From assembly GCF_006345805.1 (NCBI RefSeq), contig NC_043002.1, positions 93,496,001-93,560,000 of the forward strand: DNA of 64,000 nt, written 5' to 3'. The notes beneath the pieces are model-generated. The model had not been told where the DNA came from. It saw only the letters and a program-made list of their open reading frames with translations, and made no database searches. This DNA comes from Octopus sinensis (taxonomy: Eukaryota). The position numbers and the translations under genes are program-made. Positions 42,094 to 55,147 of the stretch are shown piece after piece (within the stretch, counting starts at the first letter, position 1; the number at the start of each line of letters is the position of its first letter).

Positions 42094-43137
42094 GAGAATT
42101 CCTGCAAGATAACTTGCTAAGTACCACAGACCAAATCTGTGGCTGGTGCAAAGTCCCTTCTAGACCTAGAGTAATATGGTGGTGGAACAATACTGTAGGC
42201 AGGGCTATTAGAGCAAAGAAACAGGCTTGGAAGGCCTGGAAGAATTGGGGTAGCAGGAGAATGTATCAGATAGCCAAAAGATAAGCTAGGAGTCAGGTAT
42301 ATATAGCCAAGTGAGTAGCAGAAAAGAAGTTTGCTAATGTTCAATGATGTGAGGACCAAGTAACTGAAGTATTTCAGATTGCAAGACAGTGTGTAAGAGA
42401 AAACCATGGTGTCATAGGATACCTTGCTTCTGAGATACTTCATTATTTTACTTTAAAACATTATAAAACTGACTGGGAACATTTGATGACTGCCAATGAA
42501 AATAATGAAATAAAACCCTAAGCAAGCATGACTGGTTCTCTAAGGAAGAAGAAGAAAAAAATGCCATCCTATCAAATGATTGTATACTGTCTGACATGCT
42601 TGGAGTATTCCTTTACAAATCTGCTGTATTCTTTTTCAATATTTTCTCATTGACTCTCTTATGTTGTCTTATTTTCAGCTGGTTTAGTAATCAATCCCAA
42701 AAGGGTTAAGTTACAAAACTAAGTGTGATGTGTCAACTGTCAAAAAGTAATAATGGTTTTTTCTGAACCAAATACTTTAAAGTATAATTGTTAGCTTATA
42801 CTTTTGTCATTTCTGTAGTCTAAATATAGTTTCTGATGTGAATGTTTCAGAGTGAGTTGTTGAGTTGTTTCTGTTGTTAAGTTGTAGTTGTTGTAAGTTA
42901 AATTTTACTTAAATATATATAAAAAATTAATGATTAGAATAATTAAAGTTTAATTAACTAATTCCAGTTGAGAAAAAAACAAACAAAACAAACAAAACAG
43001 TGAATTGAAATTGATCAAAAATGGAATAAAGTCAGGGGGAAAGTGTATCTGATCTTCAAAAGTATGGGGACAACTATGGACTGATTAGATCACCTTAGTG
43101 TGTCTAACCAAGGCTGCAGTTCTTAGAATGACAGGAA

Positions 43138-43180
<43 letters not shown>

Positions 43181-45142
43181 ATCCAAACATGAAAACACAA
43201 CAACGCAAGGACATAGAACAAATATAGTATTATTGGACGCTCAGGAAGGAAGGAAAGAGGGAGGGTTTAACGTTTCGAGCGGAGCTCTTCGTCAGAAACA
43301 TAGGAAAAGGAAAAATCCAAAGAAGGGAAGACAGAGGAAAAAAATTGCCAACGGTACACACGCGGTCACATTTTGAATATATATATATATATATATATAT
43401 AGATCAGTATGTTAGACATAAATAGGATTTTTGTAAGTGAGCCTAGATATACTTGAGTAGACAAGAATGTATGTAGTGATTAAAGTGTTTAATATAATTC
43501 CCAGGTGTAGCAATGTTATGCTTTTAGATTGACATTTTGAATGGAGATGTTGATGGTAGCAGCTGTTGTTAACACAAAGGTTTTTGTGTAGTCAAGTAAT
43601 TGATTTATTATTATTTATCTTTTACTGGTTTCAGTCATTAGGCTGTAGCCATGCTGGGGTATTGCCTTGAAGGGTTTAGTCAATCAAATCAATCCCAGGA
43701 CTTACTTTTTAAGTCTGGTACTTATTCTATTGGTCCCTTTTGCTGAACTGCTAAGTTATGGGAATATAAACAAGCCAACACTAGTTGTTAGGTGGTGGTG
43801 GTGGGTGACAAACACAACACACACATACACACACTCATACACACACACTGAATAGCCTATTGTTGCCAGGCAATTTTCATAATAGAATACCTTTATTTCA
43901 TTTTTTCTTTATTTCTTGTCAGATTATATCTTCCCTGACAGAAAGACCTTTTGATCAGGACAGATTTCAGCATGATTTGGAACAATTTATAATGTCTTTA
44001 GGCAACATGGGTCAACTTGACCTCTGCATCTTATCCAAGCACCCAAAGGACCCAACACTCAGACAAATACAGGAGTACGTCCTCATAAATGAAACTTCCC
44101 CAATACTAAATAGGAAATATACATAGTAGATATCATACTCCCATACCCACAGTTTACACAGGTAGAGTAGAATAGTTAGTGGGCTGTTATGTAGAGGTGT
44201 CATGCAATGGGATTGAACCTAGAACAATGTATATACCTGGTTTCACTGATTTATTCTTATAAAAATTACGACTCCTCAAAGTGCTCAATCCCTCCCCACT
44301 TGACCCTATATGGTGCCCACTCGACATTTACTGTGTTTATATCATATTTAAAACCACTGCTCATTAATAAATTGCTTTTTAATAATTATGGTTTTATTTT
44401 CAATTTTTCATTATCTAGCAACGAGAAATAGCACGACTTTCTGGTAGCTTGGAGTTTAAATTGAAAGATGGCAAAAAAGTATATACCTTATTGATGTCTA
44501 CAAATTATTCCCGTGAAGAATGGAAAGAAGCCATCATTTCTTTAAAAGATAAATGTAAGTTCTGACCCATCTGTTATTTCATTTTTGTACTCTTTTAAAA
44601 TATTTTAAATCTCTAAACTCTAAAACTATTTAACACATTCATAATAAGTATGCCATTCTATTTTGTTTGACTGTACAGAAAAAAGGTAGACACTACATGG
44701 TCACACAAGCTGTTAAAAATGGCAGCCAAATCTCTCTTAAATCATATCCTATCATCTTAAAAAAAAAAAAGCAAGTATATTGGATAATGTAGTCTGGATA
44801 TATTATGTCTAGACATAAGACAGGATAATCAAGGCTGAAATGCTTCTGATTATCGGTCTACTGGATAGGGCTGCTCTGGGCCAAGCAACAACTTTTATTG
44901 TAAAAAGCCATTAGCGATATGTTGAAGCAGGTGCATAAAACATACAAAAGTCGGGGTACAGATAAAAGAACTTCCTTGCTTCTAAATGAGTTTCCTGCAA
45001 TCATAATTATGACTACAGTTATATTCCTAATGTATGTATTGTGTCTTCTGTTTATATAACTGAACGTGTGTGTATGGACCACTCTTATAAATATCATTGT
45101 GTTTTCATATGATCTGTGCCATGTAAAGAAAGATAACATTAG

Positions 45143-45219
<77 letters not shown>

Positions 45220-48200
45220 AAACATATGGATTCAGCCCTATACAATATGCAGTTTTTTAAGTTGTTTGGAGCTGAATCAAACTGTACTATATGAAACTCC
45301 TACAAAATGTTTTGAGTGCCGCTTTCTTTTGTTTGTCCACTCACTCACGTATGTGTGTGTGCATATGTATATATCATCATCATTGTCGTCGTTTAACGTC
45401 CGCTTTCCATGCTAGCATGGGTTGGACGGTTTGACTGTGGGCTGGCGAACCAGATGGCTGCACCAAGCTCCAGTTCTACAGCTGGATGCCTTTCCTAACG
45501 CCAAACACTCCGAGAGTGTAGTGGGTGCTTTTACGCTCTCTGAGTGGTTGGCGTTAGGAAGGGCATCCAGCTGTAGAAACTCTGCCAGATCAAGACTGGA
45601 GCTTGGTGGTGCAGCCATCTGGACCAAGCTGCACCAAGCTTATGTGCCACATAAAAAGCACCCAGCACATTCTGTAAAGTGACTGGTGTTAAGGGAGCTC
45701 ATTCAGCCATAAAAACCAAACGAAATCAGACTGAATCCTGGTGCAGCTCTCCTGCTTACCAGCTCTGGTCAAACTGTCCAATCCATGCCATCATGGAAAA
45801 TGAACATTAAAGAATGAGGATGATAATGATGATATATATAATATACTGTATTTCTTTCTTCATTTAGCTTTTCAAGACTGTAACTACACAACATCTGATA
45901 TCCAGCAAATAGTAACAAATTGTAAAAAGGTAGGTTTCTCTTTGTTCTGCTATTATTCTACAATATCAGGTACTCCTTCTTTACATACTTGTTGATTAAT
46001 CTGAACATTAAAGAGAGCTGCTATATGGTAACTTGACCTGTTAGTAATAACAACTATATTTCTCTCATCTTACATATTACCATCTTGAAATAAGAAGGGG
46101 GCATTCACTGGATAATGTAATTTATATATGCAGTGGCTGAGAGAAGGTAGGAACAGTCATAACTAGAATACTTTTTAGTCATAGGTTTATACAGTTAGTC
46201 ATGACTTGTGGCTAAACAACAAAAGCAATACCAAAAATGTTCCAATTATCATTGCTCTTACCAACGATATCCCTATCTGTGTCGTTGTCATTCAGCTTCT
46301 TATCACCGTCTTATTGGACTGAGGCATGTGGAATTAAATGTACTACCCAGAGCCATAACAAAATCTGTGTAGGAAATTCATTTTTGAAGAAACTGATCTA
46401 TAAGTCCAACATTACTTTATTTACTCAATCATTTTAATATACCAACTGAATATTTTTTTTGTTTTATTTCATTTACATAGACAGTGGAGTATAGAATTAG
46501 ATCACCTAACAAAATACATTGTGGTATTTAGTTAATCCTTTGACATTCTGAGTACAACTCCTACCCAGGTCAACTTTCTCCTTCATGCTTTTGAAGGTTA
46601 ATAGAATAGGTGCTGGTGAAATACTGGAAGTTGGATTGATTCTGTCAACTTTATTCTATCCCATCATAGCAACAGTCAAGTGTCTGAAACAAATAAAAGA
46701 ATAAAATAATTTAAATCATGTGAATTAAATTTTTAAATTAGTTTCACAACAAACTGATCCTTAATACTGATTTAAATTCTGAATTTTAAATTCTAGATAC
46801 CTTTTGGTGAAAATCTTTATCTTGCTACATTAGGGTTCTACGAAGCAATTGCCCCAGCTCCCCTTCAGGGTTGGCGAAAGCGATGTGGTGGACAGCGAAA
46901 AACCTGGCTGATGACAGTCAAGGCTGATCTGGAACCCAACCTAGGCCCCCATATCTACAGCTTTTGCCGCTGGAATAAGGAGTGGTTGGAGATCACGTAG
47001 TTGTTAGCCTCAAATCGCCAGACCTGGTTGGTGTTTGTGAGCGATGCAGCATTGAGGATGAATGAAGCCAGCTCAACCCACCCCGGGTGAATGCTGTCAA
47101 GTCAAGTCATTAGGGTTCAACTCATCTCTATCTAAATTCTCTTGATACCATGTACCAACCATTTGTAATTAATATAGCCAAAAGCATTTCAATCATGAAA
47201 GCCTAATTCAGATTGAGGCTGAAATCCATTTCTGTCAGTACAACGCATCCAATGAATAAATGTGGAAATATTTCAAAGATTTTCCTAAAATTACAAGACT
47301 CCAAGTTTATGAAGTTTTATCTTTTCATGCAAAAGTCCACAAAGCTTAGAAAGTTTTCTTTTTGTTTGTGTGATAAGAAGTTTGCTTCCCAACCACCTGA
47401 TGGGGAAGTGTCTTCTACAATAGCTTTGGGCTGACAAAGCCTTGTGGGTGCATTTGGTAGATGGGCACTGAAAGGGTCCTGTTATATATATTTATGTGTC
47501 TTTGTGTCTATATTTGTCCACCACCATCACCATTTGACAACTGATGTTGGTGTGTTTATGATCCTGTAACTTAGTGGTTCAGCAAATGAAACCAATAGAA
47601 TAAGCACCAGGCTTTAAAAAAATAAGTACTGGGGTCAATTCATTCAACTAAAAATTCTTCAAGGTGGTGCCCCAGCATGGCCACAGTCTAATTGAAACAA
47701 GTAAAAGAAAAAAGATGAAAGCATGTTAATTAATTTTTAGAAATTGATTTTTGAGTCTTTATCTTATTTTTGTTAATGATTTCAAATCGTTGTCTGATAT
47801 TTCTAATGATTTTAAATTCATTTTTAATTTTTGTTTTTCTTCCATTTTTTTCAGTTACCAAGCATAATCAACACAGTATTTTCACAGAAAGGTAAACAAA
47901 CAATCCCCTTGATGAATTTATCCAGTTTCATTGTCAAATAATATTTAAGATTTGATAGTAAATATTTAATAGTAAATTGTGGGACAACCTTTCACAAAGA
48001 TGTTATTAGTTTCACACTTCAAAAAATAAAAAAAAAAGGAGAGAGAAAGAAAGAAAAAATTGGGGGAGTAGGTACATAAATGTTAACATTTATGTGTCTG
48101 CTCCCCTATTTCTTTTATTTTAATAATCAATAATATGTTTAATATTTTTAACATCAAATTTATTAGACAGAGGAATATATTTTATAATTGGAATATTGTG

Positions 48201-50592
48201 TACAAGGAATGGGATGTCTCCTTGCTATTTCATTAATTTAATTTTATATGATTTAATATTAAGTACTTAGTACCTTGCTGTCATTATCCTAATATGGCCA
48301 CTTAATATGTTATTTTTTGTATTTTTAAAGTAGAGGAACATCTGTTTGGAGGATCCTTGTCTGTGACTCTTCATGAACTGACTGGCCTTGATGAAGTTTG
48401 TGGTAAGAAATGGTTTCAAATTTTCTCTTCTGTAAATTCATTCATCTCTATTGATGAAGAAATTCTTGCAGCTGAAATATTACAAGATTATGCAAGTACT
48501 TGCTAAGACATACAACTTATCCAAATTTAACATCTTCATTGTAAAATGTTTGTCGACACAGTTTTCCACTTGTTTTCTCACACTCTGGTTACTTACTTGT
48601 CGTGACAGTTATTTGACAACTTTAATTTCAATGAATATTAGAGGATGTTGTTTTTAAACCTTCCCCCAAGTAATTTTACTCACTAATCAATGATTTGAAT
48701 ATTGTTTTGTTATTTCATATGAACTAAACTACAGCCATCTATTAAATGGAGATTAAAGTAGCAAATTGGTTAATTTTTAAGAGTATTGAATGGAATGTGT
48801 TTTTGACTGTCTGCACTCAATGTTAAAATCCCGCCAGGGTCAAATTTGTCTTTCATCTTTTAGGGATCAATAAATAATGTATCAGTCCAGGATAGTGGCT
48901 TAGTGAAGTTGTTAGAGCATTGAATGAGGTACCACCATGTATTATCTGTTCTGATTCTTTGTGTTCTCTCTTCAAATTTCACCTTCCACTCTCACCAACC
49001 TTTCTCTTGGCTGAAGACCAGCCCTTTCAGGCTCAGCTAATGCTGATATATCTCCAATGGTAGATGGAGTGATGTGCCAAATTGTAGCAGTATTTCAGTT
49101 ATATCAACATAAAAATATGAGCATACCTTGTACTGAAGTAGTATAATTGCTAGAATACAAAAACTGAATAATGAATATGGAGATCTATTTCTCTGTTTTT
49201 TCAAATTGTTGTTGGACTTGATCTAATCTGGTATTCTTTACTCTATCATTGGCCATGTCTATAGAATAGGTCTTGATTTTGTACAGAATTTTAGATTTAA
49301 GAAAAATTCCAGTTGGCTGGTGTCAAATTAATTGGCTTCTGCCTGAATTATTATATAGGCATTGCAATACTATGCAATATAAATGAGGTTACAGATTTTG
49401 GGTTTAAATAAATTCTAAGCAAATTCTTTAAGGTAATAACAGAATCACTAATACAGAGTAAACAATTCCTTGGAATATTCTTCAAAAGACCTTATATTAG
49501 AGATAATTATTGTTTTACATGTTTAGAATGTGGGAATGGTTTGTTTGGAATATGTGAATCATTAAATAACATCTACTTGTGGTTTGGAAAATCTCGAAAA
49601 ATGTTATGATTTTGGTAACTATGAATGAAGGAATGAATCAAAAGTTTTCTCATAATTGCATTTGTAAGATTTCTCTAGTATTATCTTTCTTCAGAAACTA
49701 AATAGTTCTTCTTCTTCTTCTTCTTCTTCTTCTTCTTCTTCTTCTTCTTCTTCTTCTTCTTCTTTTCTTCTCTTCTTCTTTTCTTCTTCTTTTCTTCTTC
49801 TTCTTCTTCTTCTCTTCTTCTTCTTCTTCTTCTTTTTCTTCTTCTTCTTCTTCTTCTTCTTCTTCTTTCTTCTTTTCTTCTTCTTCTTCTTCTTCTTTTC
49901 TTCTTCTTCTTCTTCTTCTTTTCTTCTTCTTCTTCTTTTTTCTTCTTCTTCTTCTTCTTCTCTTCTTCTTCTTCTTCTTCTTCTTTCTTCTTCTTCTTCT
50001 TCTTCTTCTTCTTCTTCTTCTTCTTCTTCTTCTTCTTCTTCTTCTTCTTCTTCAGCTATAACTTGTTGATTTCACATTGATTCTTGCAAAATAATCTTGG
50101 ATATAAATCTTTACAATTCAATGTTTTCCATTTTGATGTTTGTTTGTGTGTGTGTGTGTGTGTATACACACATGCATATGTATGTATGGCGTGCTTTAGC
50201 TAAACTGATCGTTGTGATTCAAATATGTTCTTCCCTTTTTATCTAGGTACATATTGCTGTCTGGAGCTCGACTCTTGTGGGCAGTTCTTCACCAAAGCTC
50301 GGTCTGCTGTCAAAGAATCAACTAATCCAGTTTGGAATGAAGAATTTGAATTGGAACTTGACTATTCTCAAACATTGCGGATCCTTTGTTTCAAGAGGAA
50401 CATAGACAACGGTGACATTCTTCTTGGAAAAAGTGCTCTTGCAGTAAGCAATGGAATTTTACAAAAATATTGGGATGAAACTTCACAAAGTTATCTATGA
50501 TAAAATCCATTATCATCATCATCACTGTTTCACATCCATTTTCTAAACCTACATGGGTTAGACAGACCACTAACTGTAAATGTATGTGTGTT

Positions 50593-50630
<38 letters not shown>

Positions 50631-50635
50631 CACAC

Positions 50636-50682
<47 letters not shown>

Positions 50683-51229
50683 AGATAGATAAAATCACTT
50701 GGAAGTGGATGCATGACGACCGGTCACATAATAACAAAATAATATATAAGCATATGCATATATACATACATATATGTACATACCTACATCTATATGTATA
50801 TATACATGCATATATGGGTACAGGACATCAAAAAAACGTTGAACACAATGAGAAATGAAAACATAAAAACAAAACCAAGGAAATGGACACTTTTTTCAAA
50901 CAACGAAAAAACAGAGTACAAGACATACAACACAAGGAATATTCACCTTCTTCAGTTGTACCTGTTTCGGCTACTCCGCGTACCTTCGAAACGCGGAACA
51001 GCCAAAACAGGGACAACTGAAGAAGGTGAATATTCCTTGAGTTGTACTCTGTTTTTTCGTTGTTTGAAAAAAATGTCCATTTCCTTGGTTTTGTTTTTAT
51101 GTTTTCATTTCTCATTGTGTTCAACGTTTTTTTGATGTCCTGTACCTATATATGCATGTATATATACATATAGATGTAGGTATGTACATATATGTATGTA
51201 TATATGCATATGTTTATATATTATTTTGT

Positions 51230-51278
<49 letters not shown>

Positions 51279-53262
51279 CACACACACACACATTAGACTC
51301 AGCAATGAAACCCTGGTCTCGTGCCATTTCCTCTCTACTGGTCATTCATTACAACACCTGTTTGTGTTCATATTGTCTTTGCACAGGGGCCATCCGGACT
51401 CTCACCTTCACCATGTACAAGAATTGATCTTCACTCCTTTGTACCACATGGGCTCAACTCCTCTCCTCTTCATATGACTTACCACTTCTCCTCTCTTCAT
51501 CTGACACCTACTTCCTCACTTCCCTCCTACCCACCTCTCCTCTCCTCTCTTGCCTTGACACCTACTTTCTCTCTTCACTCCCACCCACCTCCCTTCATTG
51601 ATACCCCCTCCAGCTACACCCCACCCCCACACTGTCACATCACCACACCACTCCACGAACACTAGCACTGACCACTTTCCACTACCCACATCTCACACCA
51701 TCATCCGCACACCCACACATTATAGACACACACACTTACACATGCACACATACACATGTCAGTCACTAGCCCCTATCCACACACACACACTTACACACTC
51801 TTACATACACCCCCTGCACACCCTTTTTATGATCACCAGTACTTTATTATCTCTCCTTCTTCCTAGCTCTCCTGTCCAATGACCTTTTCCCAACCAGTTG
51901 CCATGATTGACTGCTAAATCCACAAGTTTTTTTATTCTCTCTCTGCTTATTTCCTCGTGTTCCTTTCTGTTAAAGAGCATAGGCTTGAAATGTAAAAGAC
52001 TTTCTCACCTTCCCAAGCATCAAACTAATACACTTGCTTGTTTATACACCTGTCTTTGTCTTGTTTTTCTGTAAATTTCAACTATATATATATCCACACA
52101 CACACACATATATATATATGTTAATATTTAGCATAACATATGTCTGTGTTAATATTTGGCATGGCTTACACATGCTAATATTTGACAGTCCTGCTCAGGT
52201 CATCTTTCTTCTGACATCTTTCTCAAAGGTGGATAAAATAAAGTACCAGTCATGTATTGATGTCAATGTAATCAGCTATTTTCCACCCTCTCAACATTTC
52301 AGGATTTGGGTCTATGAAATTTTGGGGGAAGGGACCAGTCAATTAGATCGACCCCAGTACGCAAGTAGTATTTGATTCATCAACCCCAATAGGATGAAAG
52401 GCAAAGTCGACCTCAGCAGAATTTGAACTCAGAATATAAAGACAGACGAAATACCACTAAGCATTTCACCCAACATACTAATGTTTCTGCCAGCTAACGA
52501 CTGAAAGTGAATATATTTCATGTTTGAGTACTAATGCAAGCATGTCTATGCGACTGAAAAGTTCACTTCCTAGCCATGTAGTTTGGGGTTTAGTCTCACA
52601 GTGTTGCACCCTGAACAAGTGTCTTCTTCCATAGCCCTGATTGATCAAAGCCTTGTGAGTAGATCTGACAGATGGAAACTGAAGAAGCCTGTAGTGTGTA
52701 TGTTTTCCTCGTGTCATTTGGTTTTTAAACAATGGCTTCCTCCCAGTGTCATTGGCTTGCAATCTACTACAAAGTGATATCCGGGTTTCTTGACATGTTG
52801 CCTGATCTTTGTAAATAAAAGTCCCCTGAAACAATGGTATTTGGGTTCAGTTTTCTGCATAAAACATATCAGAGATGCTGGTTGTTATGATGTCTGTGTG
52901 ACTTCTGCCTCATTTGGATATGTGGTGGGGCTGATAACAAGAAGTGCATCCAGCCATAGAAAACCTCTGCCTCGATATCCTCTTGCCTGAGCCATACAAA
53001 TATGGAAAAGTAGATATTGAAACAATGCTGCTCTTTACTCTCTCTCTTTTACTCTTTTACTTGTTTCAGTCATTTGACTGCGGCCATGCTGGAGCACCGC
53101 CTTTAATCGAGCAACTCGACCCCGGGACTTATTCTTTTGTAAGCCCAGTACTTATTCTATCGGCCTCTTTTGCCGAACCGCTAAGTAACGGGGACATAAA
53201 CATACCAGCATCGGTTGTCAAGCGATGTTGGGGGGACAAACACAGACACACAAACATATACA

Positions 53263-53341
<79 letters not shown>

Positions 53342-55115
53342 CATCATCATCGTTTAACGTCCGTTCTCCATGCTAGCATGGGTTGGATGGTTCGACCGGG
53401 GATCTGGAAAGCCAGAAGGCTGCACCAGGCTCCAGTCTTATCTGGCAGTGTTTCTACAGCTGGATGCCCTTCCTAACGCCAACCACTCCGTGAGTGTAGT
53501 GGGTGCTTTTCACATATATACGACACATATATACGACAGGCTTCTTTCAGTTTCTGTCTACCAAATCCACTCACAAGGCTTTGGTCAGCCCGAGGCTATA
53601 GTAGAAGACACTTGCCCAAGGTGCCATGCAGTGGGACTGAACCCGGAACCATGTGGTTCGTAAGCAAGCTACTTACCACACAGCCACTCCTATGCCTATT
53701 GTGTACAATGACCATCGTATCCATTTGACATTTCATAAATTTGTGTACACAACTTCACAGAATACACTGGAGGACAGCAACATACTTTACAGTTCTCTAC
53801 ATTCAAAGCTAATAAACATTTATTGAGTTCATGAAATATTATATTGTCTACTATTTTCTATCATTTAACTCTAGTCATGCTGGGGCACAGCTTTTAAGTG
53901 AGTTAATTGGTCATATTGATTTCTAGTATTTATTTCAGTCAGGCATTTATTTCATTGATTTCTCTTTAGGGAATCACCAAATTCATAGTTGTGTTGTAAG
54001 CCACATGGTTCAAGGTTCAGTCCATTATACCATGTATGTTTGATATTGAATATAGTTGAAAGTGAATATACCTTTCTACTCGAGGCACAAGACTCGAAAT
54101 TTTTGGGGAAGGGACCAGTCGATTAGATCGACTCCAGTACACAAGTAGTACTTAATTTATTGACCCCCAAAAGGATGAAAAGCAAAGTCGATCTCAGCAG
54201 AATTGGAACTCAGAATGTGTGATACCTTGGGCAAGTGTCTTCTATTATAGCCTTGATCTGACTAAAGCCTTGTGAGTGGATTTGGTTCACAGAAACTGAA
54301 AGATGCCCATCATATATATGTGTATGTGTGTCCCTGTCCTTTTGTCTGTGTTTGTCCCTCTCACTACTACTTGACAACTGGTGTTGGTGCATTTACATCC
54401 CCATAACTTAGCAGTTCAGCAAAAGAGGCTCATATTATAAGTATCAGGCTTTAAAACAAAATAAGTACTAGGGTCAATACATTCAACTAAAAATTCTTGA
54501 AAGTAATGCCTCAGTATGGCTGCCATCCAATGACTGAAACAAATAAAAAAATAAAACATACAGGGATGCAACTTAACATGCTGGGTTATATTGGTAACTA
54601 TAAACAAAGACACTTATAATAAATTCATATATATTTCTCCCTAATAATTTCTATAATGCTATTCACGTTTTCGTTTTTCCCTTTTACAGCTAAGTAAGGA
54701 CTGGCTATCTAATTTCACCCGGAAGACGATTTCTATGAATAAGGTATGTATTCTAAGAGTTTTTATCGGTTTTTGTAACATTAAAATTATTTAGTCAGCA
54801 TGAATGCAGAGATTTTTTGCTTTCTTTGACTTATGATTTTGAATTTCTTATTAAAATAATTGTGACCTGAATTTGTCATCTTCTTTATATGTAAACCTTC
54901 CTCTGGGTATTTTCTTAAAATGTTGGGTAGATGTCTTATTATTGCTAATGTATTAACATGTGTGTCAATAAACAAGAATGCCTATGTAAACATACAGTTC
55001 CATATCTCTAGCAAAAAATAGTCCTGCTTTTACTTTATAAGATTGTCGCAAAGATAGTACAAGGATATCCAAACATCTAGTAATGCAATGAACAGTGTTG
55101 TTAATGTTAATAATG

Positions 55116-55147
<32 letters not shown>

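Noticed and set aside
40630-42440. The minus-strand (39990-40630) and plus-strand (42095-42440) RTE fragments as one inverted element
   Set aside because: They overlap in element coordinates and a host exon (41464) lies between them, so they are independent insertions.
50941-51035. GAAAC / CTGAAGA in the palindrome centre as a hammerhead
   Set aside because: No helix I can form and helix II is not followed by GAAA; only the palindrome is reported.
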